Of a stretch of 64,000 nt of DNA, positions 50,019-57,888 are shown piece after piece; within the stretch, counting starts at the first letter, position 1; each line of letters starts with the position of its first letter. The notes under the pieces are model-generated. The model was given only the letters and a program-made list of their open reading frames with translations. It was not told the DNA's origin and made no database searches. This DNA is from Candidatus Latescibacterota bacterium (GTDB lineage: Bacteria; Latescibacterota; UBA2968; UBA8231), in contig OZ241362.1 in the NCBI GenBank assembly GCA_965200315.1, positions 5,295,246 to 5,359,245 on the forward strand, read 5' to 3'. A program made the position numbers and the translations under genes.

Positions 50019-50170
50019 TACACCACACTGGCTTGGTTCGTAGGGCGACCCTGCTGTTGGTTGTCTACCACTTCTCGGTACGCTGAGGGCCAGCTCAACT
50101 TCCCAGTCCCGGTGCCATCGCAACCGCAAGGCAAAGGACGCCTGTGCTGTGAGTGCCGGCTGCTATTCCA

Positions 50171-50815
50171 CTAAGCAGTCAGGGCGTCCAGCAGGGCTTG
50201 GGCGATGACCAAATGGCCGGCTTGGTTGGGATGGACCGGTTCTGGGCAGAAGGTATCGGCGTCGCGGTACTGGAGTTGCTGTTGAAAGATGTCTTGCAAG
50301 CGCACGAGGCGGGCGTCAAAACGCTCGGCCATCCGCTCCACCACTTCGATGTACCGAGGCATCAGTTCGAGCACTTGGCTGCGGAAGGTTTGGCCGTTGT
50401 GGTCGGTGGAAATGTAAAACGGGGTGAGCAATACAAGAGGACAGCCCAGTTCGTCTTGGGTTTTCGCTAGTATCTGTTCATAGACGGCGGCGAAGTGGGC
50501 TGGATCGACGCCGTCTTCGGCACCGCGCAAATGGCTGTGCAGGTCGTTGATGCCGATTTTGACCGACAGCCGGTCCGGCCGGTGGTAGAGTACGTCGTCT
50601 TGCCAGCGGGCGGCTAGGTCGGTGACGCGGTTGCCGCCGATGCCTTTGTTGATGTAGCGGACTCGCCGCTTGGGGAAGCGGGCCGTGGCCAGCTCAGTAA
50701 ACAGGCGCACGTACCCGTTGCCCAGCGGGGCTTCGGCACCGCGGCGACCGCAGTCGGTGATGCTGTCGCCGATGAACAACAGCGTTTGTCCGTCTTCAAT
50801 CCAGTATTGGCTCAT
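50171..50815 (-). CDS. SGNH/GDSL hydrolase
   Basis: FIGDSITD, NKGIGG, IGIND, VHPN..GH; start MSQYWIED. Confidence 0.92.
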   Translation of the reverse strand: MSQYWIEDGQTLLFIGDSITDCGRRGAEAPLGNGYVRLFTELATARFPKRRVRYINKGIGGNRVTDLAARWQDDVLYHRPDRLSVKIGINDLHSHLRGAEDGVDPAHFAAVYEQILAKTQDELGCPLVLLTPFYISTDHNGQTFRSQVLELMPRYIEVVERMAERFDARLVRLQDIFQQQLQYRDADTFCPEPVHPNQAGHLVIAQALLDALTA

Positions 50816-50953
50816 GGATATTCCTCTTGGTTGGGATGACAGTACCTCTCTGCACCTGCTAGAAGGACTTACAAAAATCAAGATGCTTCGCCCGTGTTGG
50901 CCGTCAAGGGCCTAGCGGGTATCTCATCCTACTCTTTGGCGTCTAGCAGGTTC

Positions 50954-51212
50954 CTAAAGGGGCACCTGTATGGCCGCCCGAAACAACTGCTTGAGACGCG
51001 GCACATCGTCAATGGCCGCAATCTGGTCGGCCAAGCAGCGCATGGCCGTAGGCTGAAAGCGCAGTTCCAGCACTTCTTGGATGTTTTCGCGGATGCCTTG
51101 CTCAATGCCTTGCTCGCGGGCCTGTTGGGTTAGGTATTGGGCAAACGAGGATTCGCGCATGAGGTCCATGAGATACTCCTTGGCGACAATGGCCGTGATC
51201 GTCTGATGATCT
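50954..51212 (-). pseudogene. C-terminal fragment of an Rpn/YhgA-like putative transposase
   Basis: LMRESSFAQYL...EQGIEQG..ENIQEVLELRF...I.D...LKQL; nuclease domain absent. Confidence 0.6.
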
Positions 51213-51283
51213 ACGTTCGTATCGCTTCCATTCTTGGGTGAGTCTGTCAGCTCGATCCTTGGCCGTAGCGTCCTCAAGGTGCT

Positions 51284-52048
51284 TCAGACGCAGTTAGGGT
51301 GTTCCTGCCCTCGCAGCAGGGGATATTCGGGCTTTTCTTGCGGGCGGCCCGTCCAGCGCGAGCGGGCACTCATGTAGTGGGTGGCCATGCCGCGGCGGCG
51401 CGTCGTCGTCTGGTTGGGGCCGGAGCGGTGCAAGAGCAGGCTGTGGTGGAAGGAGCAGTCGCCCGCCTGCAGCAGGATGGGCTGTTCGCGCTGGTGGTCG
51501 ATGGCTGCGTCGGGAACTTTTTTGTCTTGCCGCTCGCCGACCATCCACGTCTCGCTGTGGTCAACTAGCCCCTCGCGGTGGCTGCCCGGCACGACCCACA
51601 AGCAGCCATTTTCAAGGGTTACATCGTCTAAGGCAACCCAAGCGGTGGCGAGGTCCATTGGCTCGATGTGGAAGTATGCGGAGTCTTGGTGATAGGTCTT
51701 TTCTATGCCGCCCGGCCCCTTGATAAAAACTTGGTCGCCAAAGAGCTTGAGGTCTGGGCCGAGCAGGTCGGCGGCTGCGGTGAGGAGCGGCTCGCGCGCT
51801 GCGTGGTCGCGGAAGAACGGATCGCATGCGGACGGGCCGTTGATCTTGCGCAAATGGTCGATGTGGCGTTGTTGGGGCGCGTTGGGATCGAACTCGATGT
51901 TCGCCTCCGGGAAGGGCAATGCGCCCGAGGCAATCCCTTCGAGGTGGGTGCGGAGTGCGCTCACCTCTTCTGCGGACAGGGCGTTGCGCAAAATGGTGTA
52001 CCCGTCTTGCTGGTACTGGGCGATTTGTGCGGGGCTGAGTACGGACAT
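51284..52048 (-). CDS. PhyH-family dioxygenase
   Basis: YHQD, WVALDD, VVPGSH, HRSGPN...RR; start MSVLSPAQ. Confidence 0.92.
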   Translation of the reverse strand: MSVLSPAQIAQYQQDGYTILRNALSAEEVSALRTHLEGIASGALPFPEANIEFDPNAPQQRHIDHLRKINGPSACDPFFRDHAAREPLLTAAADLLGPDLKLFGDQVFIKGPGGIEKTYHQDSAYFHIEPMDLATAWVALDDVTLENGCLWVVPGSHREGLVDHSETWMVGERQDKKVPDAAIDHQREQPILLQAGDCSFHHSLLLHRSGPNQTTTRRRGMATHYMSARSRWTGRPQEKPEYPLLRGQEHPNCV

Positions 52049-52062
52049 GGTTTGCTCCAGAT

Positions 52063-53388
52063 TTAAGCTATCTCGGCCAGCGCGTTCCTCACTGCGGCGA
52101 CCAAGCCGTTGATGTGCCCGGCGTCCATGGGCGCAGAAAGGGCGCACATGCCCAGCCCTGGGCCGAGGAAGTACCCCTGTTCGATGAGCGAGAGAAAGAG
52201 CGGCTCAATGGGGGTTTTGTCGGCCGCGGCGAGGTCTCGGTAGTTGGCTATGGGGCCGCGGGCGAAATGGATGCTAAAGACCGACCCGGTGCAGACCGCT
52301 TGGGCGGCGATTGCGCGGGCGGCAAAGAGCGCGTTGAGTTGGTCTTTTAAGTGCGCTCCGAGTGCGTTCAAATGGGCGATGGTTGGCGGCGTCAGCTCGC
52401 TCAGGGTCGCCAAGCCGGCGGCCATAGCTACGGGATGTGCGCTAAAGGTGCCGCTCTGGAAAAGGCCAGTGGATTTTTGCGAGTTGTCGAACAGGTCCAT
52501 CAGGTCGGCCCGGCCGCCAAAGGCCCCCACCGGAAAGCCGCCGCCGATAATTTTGCCAAAGCAACTCAGGTCTGGGTCAATGCCGTACACTTCTTGCAGC
52601 CCGCCGACGCTCGTGCGGAACCCGACAATTTCGTCGAAGATGAGCAAGACCTGGTGGCGGCGAGTGATGTCGCGCACGGCGCGGACAAAATCCGGCTGGA
52701 TGTCCAAGATGCCGGCCTTGGGGTCGAAGAGGACGCAGGCGAGTTCGCTGGCGTGCTCGGCGATGAGCCGTTCGACAGCCTCTGGGTCGTTGTAGGGAAG
52801 GATGACGGCTTCGGACGCGGCCGACGGGGACATACCGCCGGCTGTTGGCACGGCACTGGGCGCGTCGGCCGGGCCGGCTTGGTCTAGGGGTGGAGCCACG
52901 CTGACTTCCACGGCGTCGTGGCTGCCGTGGTAGCCGCCCTCAAACTTGGCGATTTTGCCGCGCTTGGTGTAGCCGCGCGCCAAGCGAATGGCGTGCAGGG
53001 TGGCCTCAGTCCCAGAGTTGACAAAGCGAATCCGCTCTAGTGCATCCACCCGGCTGCACATTGCGCGGGCGATCTCGCTTTCAATGCCAGTGGGTGCGCC
53101 CAGGGCAATGCCCTTCTGCATCTGCTCGCGCACGGCCGCTTCCACCCGCTCGTTTCTGTGCCCGAGGACTTGGGCCGTGTGGTGGTTGGCGCAATCGACC
53201 AAGCGGTGCCCATCCACATCCCACAGATAGCAGCCTTGGCCGCGGGCCATGGTGAGCGGATAGGGCGGGTAGTAATACGCGCCTTTGGCCGCACCGGCCG
53301 TGTAGGCGCGGCCCTGCTCAAAAAGGGCGCGGGAGCGCGGGTTGGCGCGGCGATAGTGCGCTTGGAGGTCGGCAAGGGATGCAGGCAT
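52063..53388 (-). CDS. Class III aminotransferase (GSA aminomutase-like)
   Basis: NSGTEA, GGYHG, LIFDEI, GKIIGGG.P, GTFS. Confidence 0.92.
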   Translation of the reverse strand: MPASLADLQAHYRRANPRSRALFEQGRAYTAGAAKGAYYYPPYPLTMARGQGCYLWDVDGHRLVDCANHHTAQVLGHRNERVEAAVREQMQKGIALGAPTGIESEIARAMCSRVDALERIRFVNSGTEATLHAIRLARGYTKRGKIAKFEGGYHGSHDAVEVSVAPPLDQAGPADAPSAVPTAGGMSPSAASEAVILPYNDPEAVERLIAEHASELACVLFDPKAGILDIQPDFVRAVRDITRRHQVLLIFDEIVGFRTSVGGLQEVYGIDPDLSCFGKIIGGGFPVGAFGGRADLMDLFDNSQKSTGLFQSGTFSAHPVAMAAGLATLSELTPPTIAHLNALGAHLKDQLNALFAARAIAAQAVCTGSVFSIHFARGPIANYRDLAAADKTPIEPLFLSLIEQGYFLGPGLGMCALSAPMDAGHINGLVAAVRNALAEIA

Positions 53389-53440
53389 AGGTTTTGCCCT
53401 TTAGGCGTGGATCAGCATTTTTATAAAAACAAAAAATTGG

Positions 53441-53739
53441 TCAAAAGAGTTGAATCCAATTTTGCTGGTAGTTGATGGTGTTCCAAATATCGTTTTTGGT
53501 TATAAGCGGTACATTCCGGTTGATCTTAAAGAAACGAGCCGATCCCGGTACATCGCGTACGACAGTAAATTGACCTCCGTGAAACTGCCAAGTAAAACAA
53601 TGCCTGTCATCTGACACTCTATGTCCTTGGAGATTGCAGTTTTTATTTAACTGCCAAGTGTAATCCCTTGTAACTGGCCGATGGGCCAAGGCCCTTGTTG
53701 AGCTCCGCTGCTTCCACGTAATCGGGGATTATTAAACAT
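53441..53739 (-). pseudogene. Internally deleted partner of the methyltransferase (probable type II restriction endonuclease)
   Basis: ATG overlaps the MTase end; MFNNPRLRG...PWPIGQL joined out of frame to ...NKNCNLQG...FTWQFHGGQFT...WIQLF*; AT-rich. Confidence 0.6.
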
Positions 53740-54679
53740 AGGACAATCGCTCTATCACGGAGCGAACTATCGGTACTGGAACCGAGTTTCCAGCCTGCTT
53801 GCGGCATTGGCCGTCCGTTGCATGTAGTTTGAAACTGTCGGGAAAACCTTGCAGTCGGAACATCTCTCGGGGTGTGAGACGACGCTCACCATCTACGAGA
53901 AGATAATTGTAACTGGCACCTGCTCGCAGGGCGCATGAAAACGGATGACTGGATATGTTGCCGCCTTTGTTTTCATGCCATATCGCCGGTCTCACATTTG
54001 CAGTGTGCGCGTTTTGGCGTTTCTGTCTGATATAGGGCGAGACCAAATGCCGTGCAGCAGGAGATTTCTCCAATACTGTGGACAGGGGCTTCATTGGTTT
54101 ACTCCCTTCGGGCCACCTAAAACCATCCAAGCCGTCCAACCTACCCACTATAAACACGCGTTCGCGCTTTTGCGGCAGGCCGTGATCGAGTGCATTTAGT
54201 ACTCGATAGTCCACATCGTATCCAATCCCACGTAAAGTGCTGAGAATTTTGTCCATGACACGGCCCTTTTGGACTGTCACTAATTGCTTGACGTTCTCCA
54301 AAATAAATGCCGTTGGCTGTTTGGCCTTGAGTGCCCTTATAATGTGGAAGAACAAGGTTCCTCGCTCATCGGCAAAACCCGCTCGGTCGCCAATGATACT
54401 GAAGGGCTGACAGGGAAAGCCAGCGCAAAGTAGGTCGTGGTCTGGCACGTCCTTGGCTGCGATGCGGGTCATGTCGCCTTGTGGTACGATACCAAAGTTA
54501 TTGAAATAGACCTCGCGGGCCGGCCCATCAATGTCGCACGCAAACACGCATTGCAGCCCGTGTGCTGCCGCCGCAAGATGAAAGCCACCGACACCGCAGA
54601 ACAGATCTGTGAATGTCTGTAAACGCTGCGGCTTTGTATTTCTTGGAAACAGTAAAGGCGACTGAATGGAGAGACTCAT
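53732..54679 (-). CDS. DNA (cytosine-5)-methyltransferase
   Basis: Motifs I DLFCGVGG, IV GFPCQ, VI ENV, VIII QKRERVF, IX LTPRE..RLQGFP, X QAGNSV; start uncertain (54679 or 54757). Confidence 0.96.
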   Translation of the reverse strand: MSLSIQSPLLFPRNTKPQRLQTFTDLFCGVGGFHLAAAAHGLQCVFACDIDGPAREVYFNNFGIVPQGDMTRIAAKDVPDHDLLCAGFPCQPFSIIGDRAGFADERGTLFFHIIRALKAKQPTAFILENVKQLVTVQKGRVMDKILSTLRGIGYDVDYRVLNALDHGLPQKRERVFIVGRLDGLDGFRWPEGSKPMKPLSTVLEKSPAARHLVSPYIRQKRQNAHTANVRPAIWHENKGGNISSHPFSCALRAGASYNYLLVDGERRLTPREMFRLQGFPDSFKLHATDGQCRKQAGNSVPVPIVRSVIERLSYV

Positions 54680-54773
54680 CGGAAGATTTTCTGTCTTAGT
54701 CTGGGAGATGACCAACCATCCTAAACCTCCTTGAGGCTTGGTTTTATAAACATGCACTCCATAAAGTACAAGC

Positions 54774-54804
54774 GCAATAGGCGCGTCTAGGGTGCGCCTA
54801 TTGC
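54774..54804. repeat. Perfect 11-bp inverted repeat at the edge of the MTase island
   Basis: gcaataggcgc-N9-gcgcctattgc. Confidence 0.7.
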
Positions 54805-54909
54805 TCCAGCGTCATGGCTGCCGCATACATGAGGAGTTGACGCAGCCTATGTTCGCGCCCATTCTCCATAGCAACTCGCCCCTACCACCTTTCACCACCC
54901 AGTGCTACC

Positions 54910-56004
54910 ATGTCCCAAACCGAATACGCCGTTGAAGTCGCGTCCTCGGCTGACGTTTCGCTGATCGACTGCGATGTCCACAACTACCCGAACTCCATCG
55001 ACGATCTCATGCCCTATTTGTCGGCGCGCTGGCAGGCGTATGTGCGGCAATCTGGGTTTAGCGGCCCGCCCGGGCCGAGCTATCCCAAGGGGTTTGCCCA
55101 AGCAGCGCGGCGCGATGCGTGGCCGCCTTCGGGACTAAGGCCGGGCGGCGATCCTGATTTTGCCCGCACCCAGTTGCTCGACGCTTGGGGTATTGACGTG
55201 GCCGTGCTCAATCCGCTCTACGGCATGACGGCCCTGCACAACCTCGACTTTGCCAACGCGCTGATGCGGGCGGTCAACGAGTGGACTGCTCGCGCTTGGC
55301 TCGACCACGACCCGCGCTGGCGTGGCTCGATTGTGGTCAATGCCAACGACCCCGCGCAGGCGGCCGCAGAAATCAAGCGAGCCGCGGCCGATCCGCGCTT
55401 TGTGCAGGTGTTGCTCTTGGTGCGGTCGAGTGCGCCGTATGGCAAGCGGCAGTTTCGGCCGATTTTTGCCGCGGCCTGCGAGGTCGGCCTGCCGGTGGGA
55501 ATCCACTTCGGCGGCAGCGGCCAGCCCATCACGGCCTGCGGCTGGCCCTCCTATTACATCGAAGATCACACGGCCATGTCGCAAGCCTTTGAGGCCCAGG
55601 TTATCAGCCTCGTGTGCGAAGGGGTGTTCTGCGAATTCCCGGACCTGCGCGTCGCGTTGGTCGAAGGGGGGTTCGCGTGGTTGCCTGGGCTGATGTGGCG
55701 GCTGGATAAAAACTACCGGGGCTTGCGCAGCGAGGTGCCGTGGCTGAAGAAGCGGCCCAGCGAATACATCCGCGAGCACTGCCGCGCCACGACCCAACCC
55801 ATGGAAGAGCCAGACGACCCCCAGCACTTGTTGCACCTCATCGACATGATCGGCTGCGAGGATTTCTTGATGTTCGCCACCGATTATCCGCATTGGGACT
55901 TTGATTCGCCGGTCCGCGCCCTGCCGCCAGCGATTGACGGCGCGCTGCGACAAGGGATCATGGTCGATAACGCTGAGGCATTTTATGGCTTTGCGGCGCG
56001 TTGA
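54910..56004 (+). CDS. Amidohydrolase_2 family protein
   Basis: IDCDVH, IHFG, VEGG, FATDYPHWD. Confidence 0.92.
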   Translation: MSQTEYAVEVASSADVSLIDCDVHNYPNSIDDLMPYLSARWQAYVRQSGFSGPPGPSYPKGFAQAARRDAWPPSGLRPGGDPDFARTQLLDAWGIDVAVLNPLYGMTALHNLDFANALMRAVNEWTARAWLDHDPRWRGSIVVNANDPAQAAAEIKRAAADPRFVQVLLLVRSSAPYGKRQFRPIFAAACEVGLPVGIHFGGSGQPITACGWPSYYIEDHTAMSQAFEAQVISLVCEGVFCEFPDLRVALVEGGFAWLPGLMWRLDKNYRGLRSEVPWLKKRPSEYIREHCRATTQPMEEPDDPQHLLHLIDMIGCEDFLMFATDYPHWDFDSPVRALPPAIDGALRQGIMVDNAEAFYGFAAR

Positions 56005-56350
56005 CGTAGGGCCGGTCGATGCCTTTGCCGATGGCGAGGTCCGCCGGGTCGAGGTTGCAGGGCGCGGCTTGGCGGTGGTGCGGCAAGGGGAGTCGTTCTA
56101 CGCGCTCCGCGATGTGTGCCCGCATCAGGGGGCGCGGCTGTCGGATGGGCGAGTGGGGGGCACGGCGCTGGCGCGGCATCCGGGAGACGAGATCGTCTTG
56201 GGGCGTGCTGGCGAGATTCTGAGCTGCCCGTGGCACGGCTGGGAATACGACATGCGCACGGGCCGCTCGCTGTGCGAGCCGGACAAGGTGCGGGTGCGAG
56301 TTTATTCGGTGTGGGTGGAGGCCGGGCGGGTGATCGTGGAGCTGGGCTAG
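55985..56350 (+). CDS. Rieske (2Fe-2S) ferredoxin
   Basis: CPHQG...CPWHGWEYD; start MALRRVDVG. Confidence 0.92.
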   Translation: MALRRVDVGPVDAFADGEVRRVEVAGRGLAVVRQGESFYALRDVCPHQGARLSDGRVGGTALARHPGDEIVLGRAGEILSCPWHGWEYDMRTGRSLCEPDKVRVRVYSVWVEAGRVIVELG

Positions 56351-56355
56351 AAAGA

Positions 56356-56380
56356 GGGCGTCCATAAGGGACGCCCCTAC
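56356..56380. repeat. GTAG-type REP-like hairpin, possible terminator
   Basis: gggcgtcc-ataag-ggacgccc-ctac directly after the Rieske stop, abutting the CRISPR repeat. Confidence 0.6.
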
Positions 56381-56471
56381 TTCAATGAGGCCGGGCCTTG
56401 CGGCCCGGAGATATGCACGCGCTTAAGGCGAGCAATTGATAATGCTAATGCTGCAATGAAGCTTGGCCGTT
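56379..56471 (-). CRISPR. Single-spacer mini-array: degenerate repeat, 35-nt spacer, one intact type I-G-like repeat
   Basis: Minus strand: ...acggccaagcttcATTGCAGC | attagcattatcaattgctcgccttaagcgcgtgc | atatctCCGGGCCgcaaGGCCCGGcctcATTGAAGT (36 nt, 56379-56414). The degenerate copy matches 15/21 at the 3' end. Confidence 0.85.
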
Positions 56472-56543
56472 GAGTAGTGGGCACTTTGAAAATTCCATCC
56501 TTATAAAAAGACAAAATTTCCGAAAAATTCAAACGGACCTAGG

Positions 56544-56572
56544 TTGACACGGTTCAGAGAGTGTTCTATTAT
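56544..56572 (+). promoter_or_regulatory. Sigma70 promoter of the cas operon
   Basis: TTGACA (56544-56549), 17 bp, TATTAT (56567-56572); AGGAG RBS at 56611-56615. Confidence 0.85.
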
Positions 56573-56577
56573 CAAGC

Positions 56578-56596
56578 TTAATTAGAATTATAAATT
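56578..56596 (+). promoter_or_regulatory. PAM plus partial protospacer of the mini-array spacer
   Basis: TTA + ATTAGaATTATaAATT versus spacer ATTAGcATTATcAATT. Confidence 0.8.
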
Positions 56597-56625
56597 AAAA
56601 TACAACACACAGGAGATTGCGAACT

Positions 56626-57888
56626 ATGGCTCTTGAGCTACAGACCTTGCAAAACGCGGTCGCCGGAACCGCTGCGGCTTTTCGTTGCACAACCGACTAC
56701 CAGCCGGCCGGCGGCCCCGGCGACAAGGTGTTCCCGCCTACCTACAAAGGCGGAGAATACGCGGTAGAAAACCGCAGAGATCCGAAGACCGGCGAGGTGC
56801 GACAGTGCGTTCTTTTGGACTCCGTGCAGTCGCAGGCCAACCGGATGGAGTTAGCGTTGCTGGAAGCACATCGCGCCGGAACGGTACAACTTCCTCTGAT
56901 CGTAACGCGCTTCGACCAAGAGGAACTGCTCAAGAAGTTCACGGTGACCAGCTTGGATGCCCCCCATCGCGTCGCGGACGCGCTGTTTCGCGACAGCCAG
57001 CTCAACGGCACAAAGTTCCGCGAGACGGAGCAGGGTCGAATACTCAATACTGCCGAGGTGCGGAATGCCACTGGCCTGTTTGGCCTGTGTCCGACCGCCT
57101 TGGTATTCGGCCTGTGGGATTCAACCGGGCCGCGGGGCGGCTTGGGATGCAAGTTCCAACGGGCGGTGGTGTCGGAGATCGTCGGGTACGACGCGGAGGC
57201 CGGCAGGAAGACGGCAAGCCGCATTGATCCGGCAGCCATTGAAAAACGTGCTGGTCCAGTCTTCAGAACGGAAGATGACGGCTGGACTCTGACGCCAGCG
57301 AAAGCAAAAAAAGACAGAAAGGGGAAGCCAGTGCTATATAAGCCTCGTCAGGGCCAGGATGTAGGGTATGACCCAAGTTCGGAAAAGGATGTACCTGACC
57401 AAGGTCGCCCGTCGGTGATCAATCACGGAAACGTCACGCCCAGTATTTCGGATGGTGGCTTCACTTTGTCAAAGGCACGGCAGACGACCACCTTGTCTCT
57501 GGCCGCACTGCGCCGCCTCCGCTTCCCACTCAACGGTGCAGCAGATTCCGCCTCCGCGGCCGATTTGGCTGCTCGCACTGCACTGGCCGCCTTGAGCCTC
57601 GCCGCCGGTACGCTAGCGCGAGTTGATACGGACCTTCGCTCCCGCTGCCAGCTTTTTGCCGAACAAGAGTCCGTTTGGGAGCTACTCGAGCACCCCGGTG
57701 AAAAACCGCGACAGTTCGCGCTCGCGCCCGATGCCGCATTCCAATTGCTGAACCAAGCGATCGCCGAGGCTAAAGCCGCAAATCTGCCTTGGGAAGGCAC
57801 AATCGAACTGACTCCATCGGAAGAATTAGTCGAACTGGTGCGACGCAGCCAAGAATTGCAGAGTGCGCCGGGAGCGGAAGAAGAATAA
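56626..57888 (+). CDS. csb1: Type I-G CRISPR Cas7 (Csb1)
   Basis: PAGGPGDKVFPPTY, LLDSVQSQANRME, APHRVADA, ALVFGLWDS, SRIDP, HGNVTP, LRSRC. Confidence 0.95.
   Translation: MALELQTLQNAVAGTAAAFRCTTDYQPAGGPGDKVFPPTYKGGEYAVENRRDPKTGEVRQCVLLDSVQSQANRMELALLEAHRAGTVQLPLIVTRFDQEELLKKFTVTSLDAPHRVADALFRDSQLNGTKFRETEQGRILNTAEVRNATGLFGLCPTALVFGLWDSTGPRGGLGCKFQRAVVSEIVGYDAEAGRKTASRIDPAAIEKRAGPVFRTEDDGWTLTPAKAKKDRKGKPVLYKPRQGQDVGYDPSSEKDVPDQGRPSVINHGNVTPSISDGGFTLSKARQTTTLSLAALRRLRFPLNGAADSASAADLAARTALAALSLAAGTLARVDTDLRSRCQLFAEQESVWELLEHPGEKPRQFALAPDAAFQLLNQAIAEAKAANLPWEGTIELTPSEELVELVRRSQELQSAPGAEEE

Noticed and set aside
52063-53388. Calling the aminotransferase hemL
   Set aside because: Family motifs are present but the N-terminus is divergent and the context is catabolic; left at family level.
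56472-56543. CreT-like RNA toxin beside the mini-array
   Set aside because: No strong SD-AUG-rare-codon-hairpin unit seen; the spacer target is the cas promoter itself.
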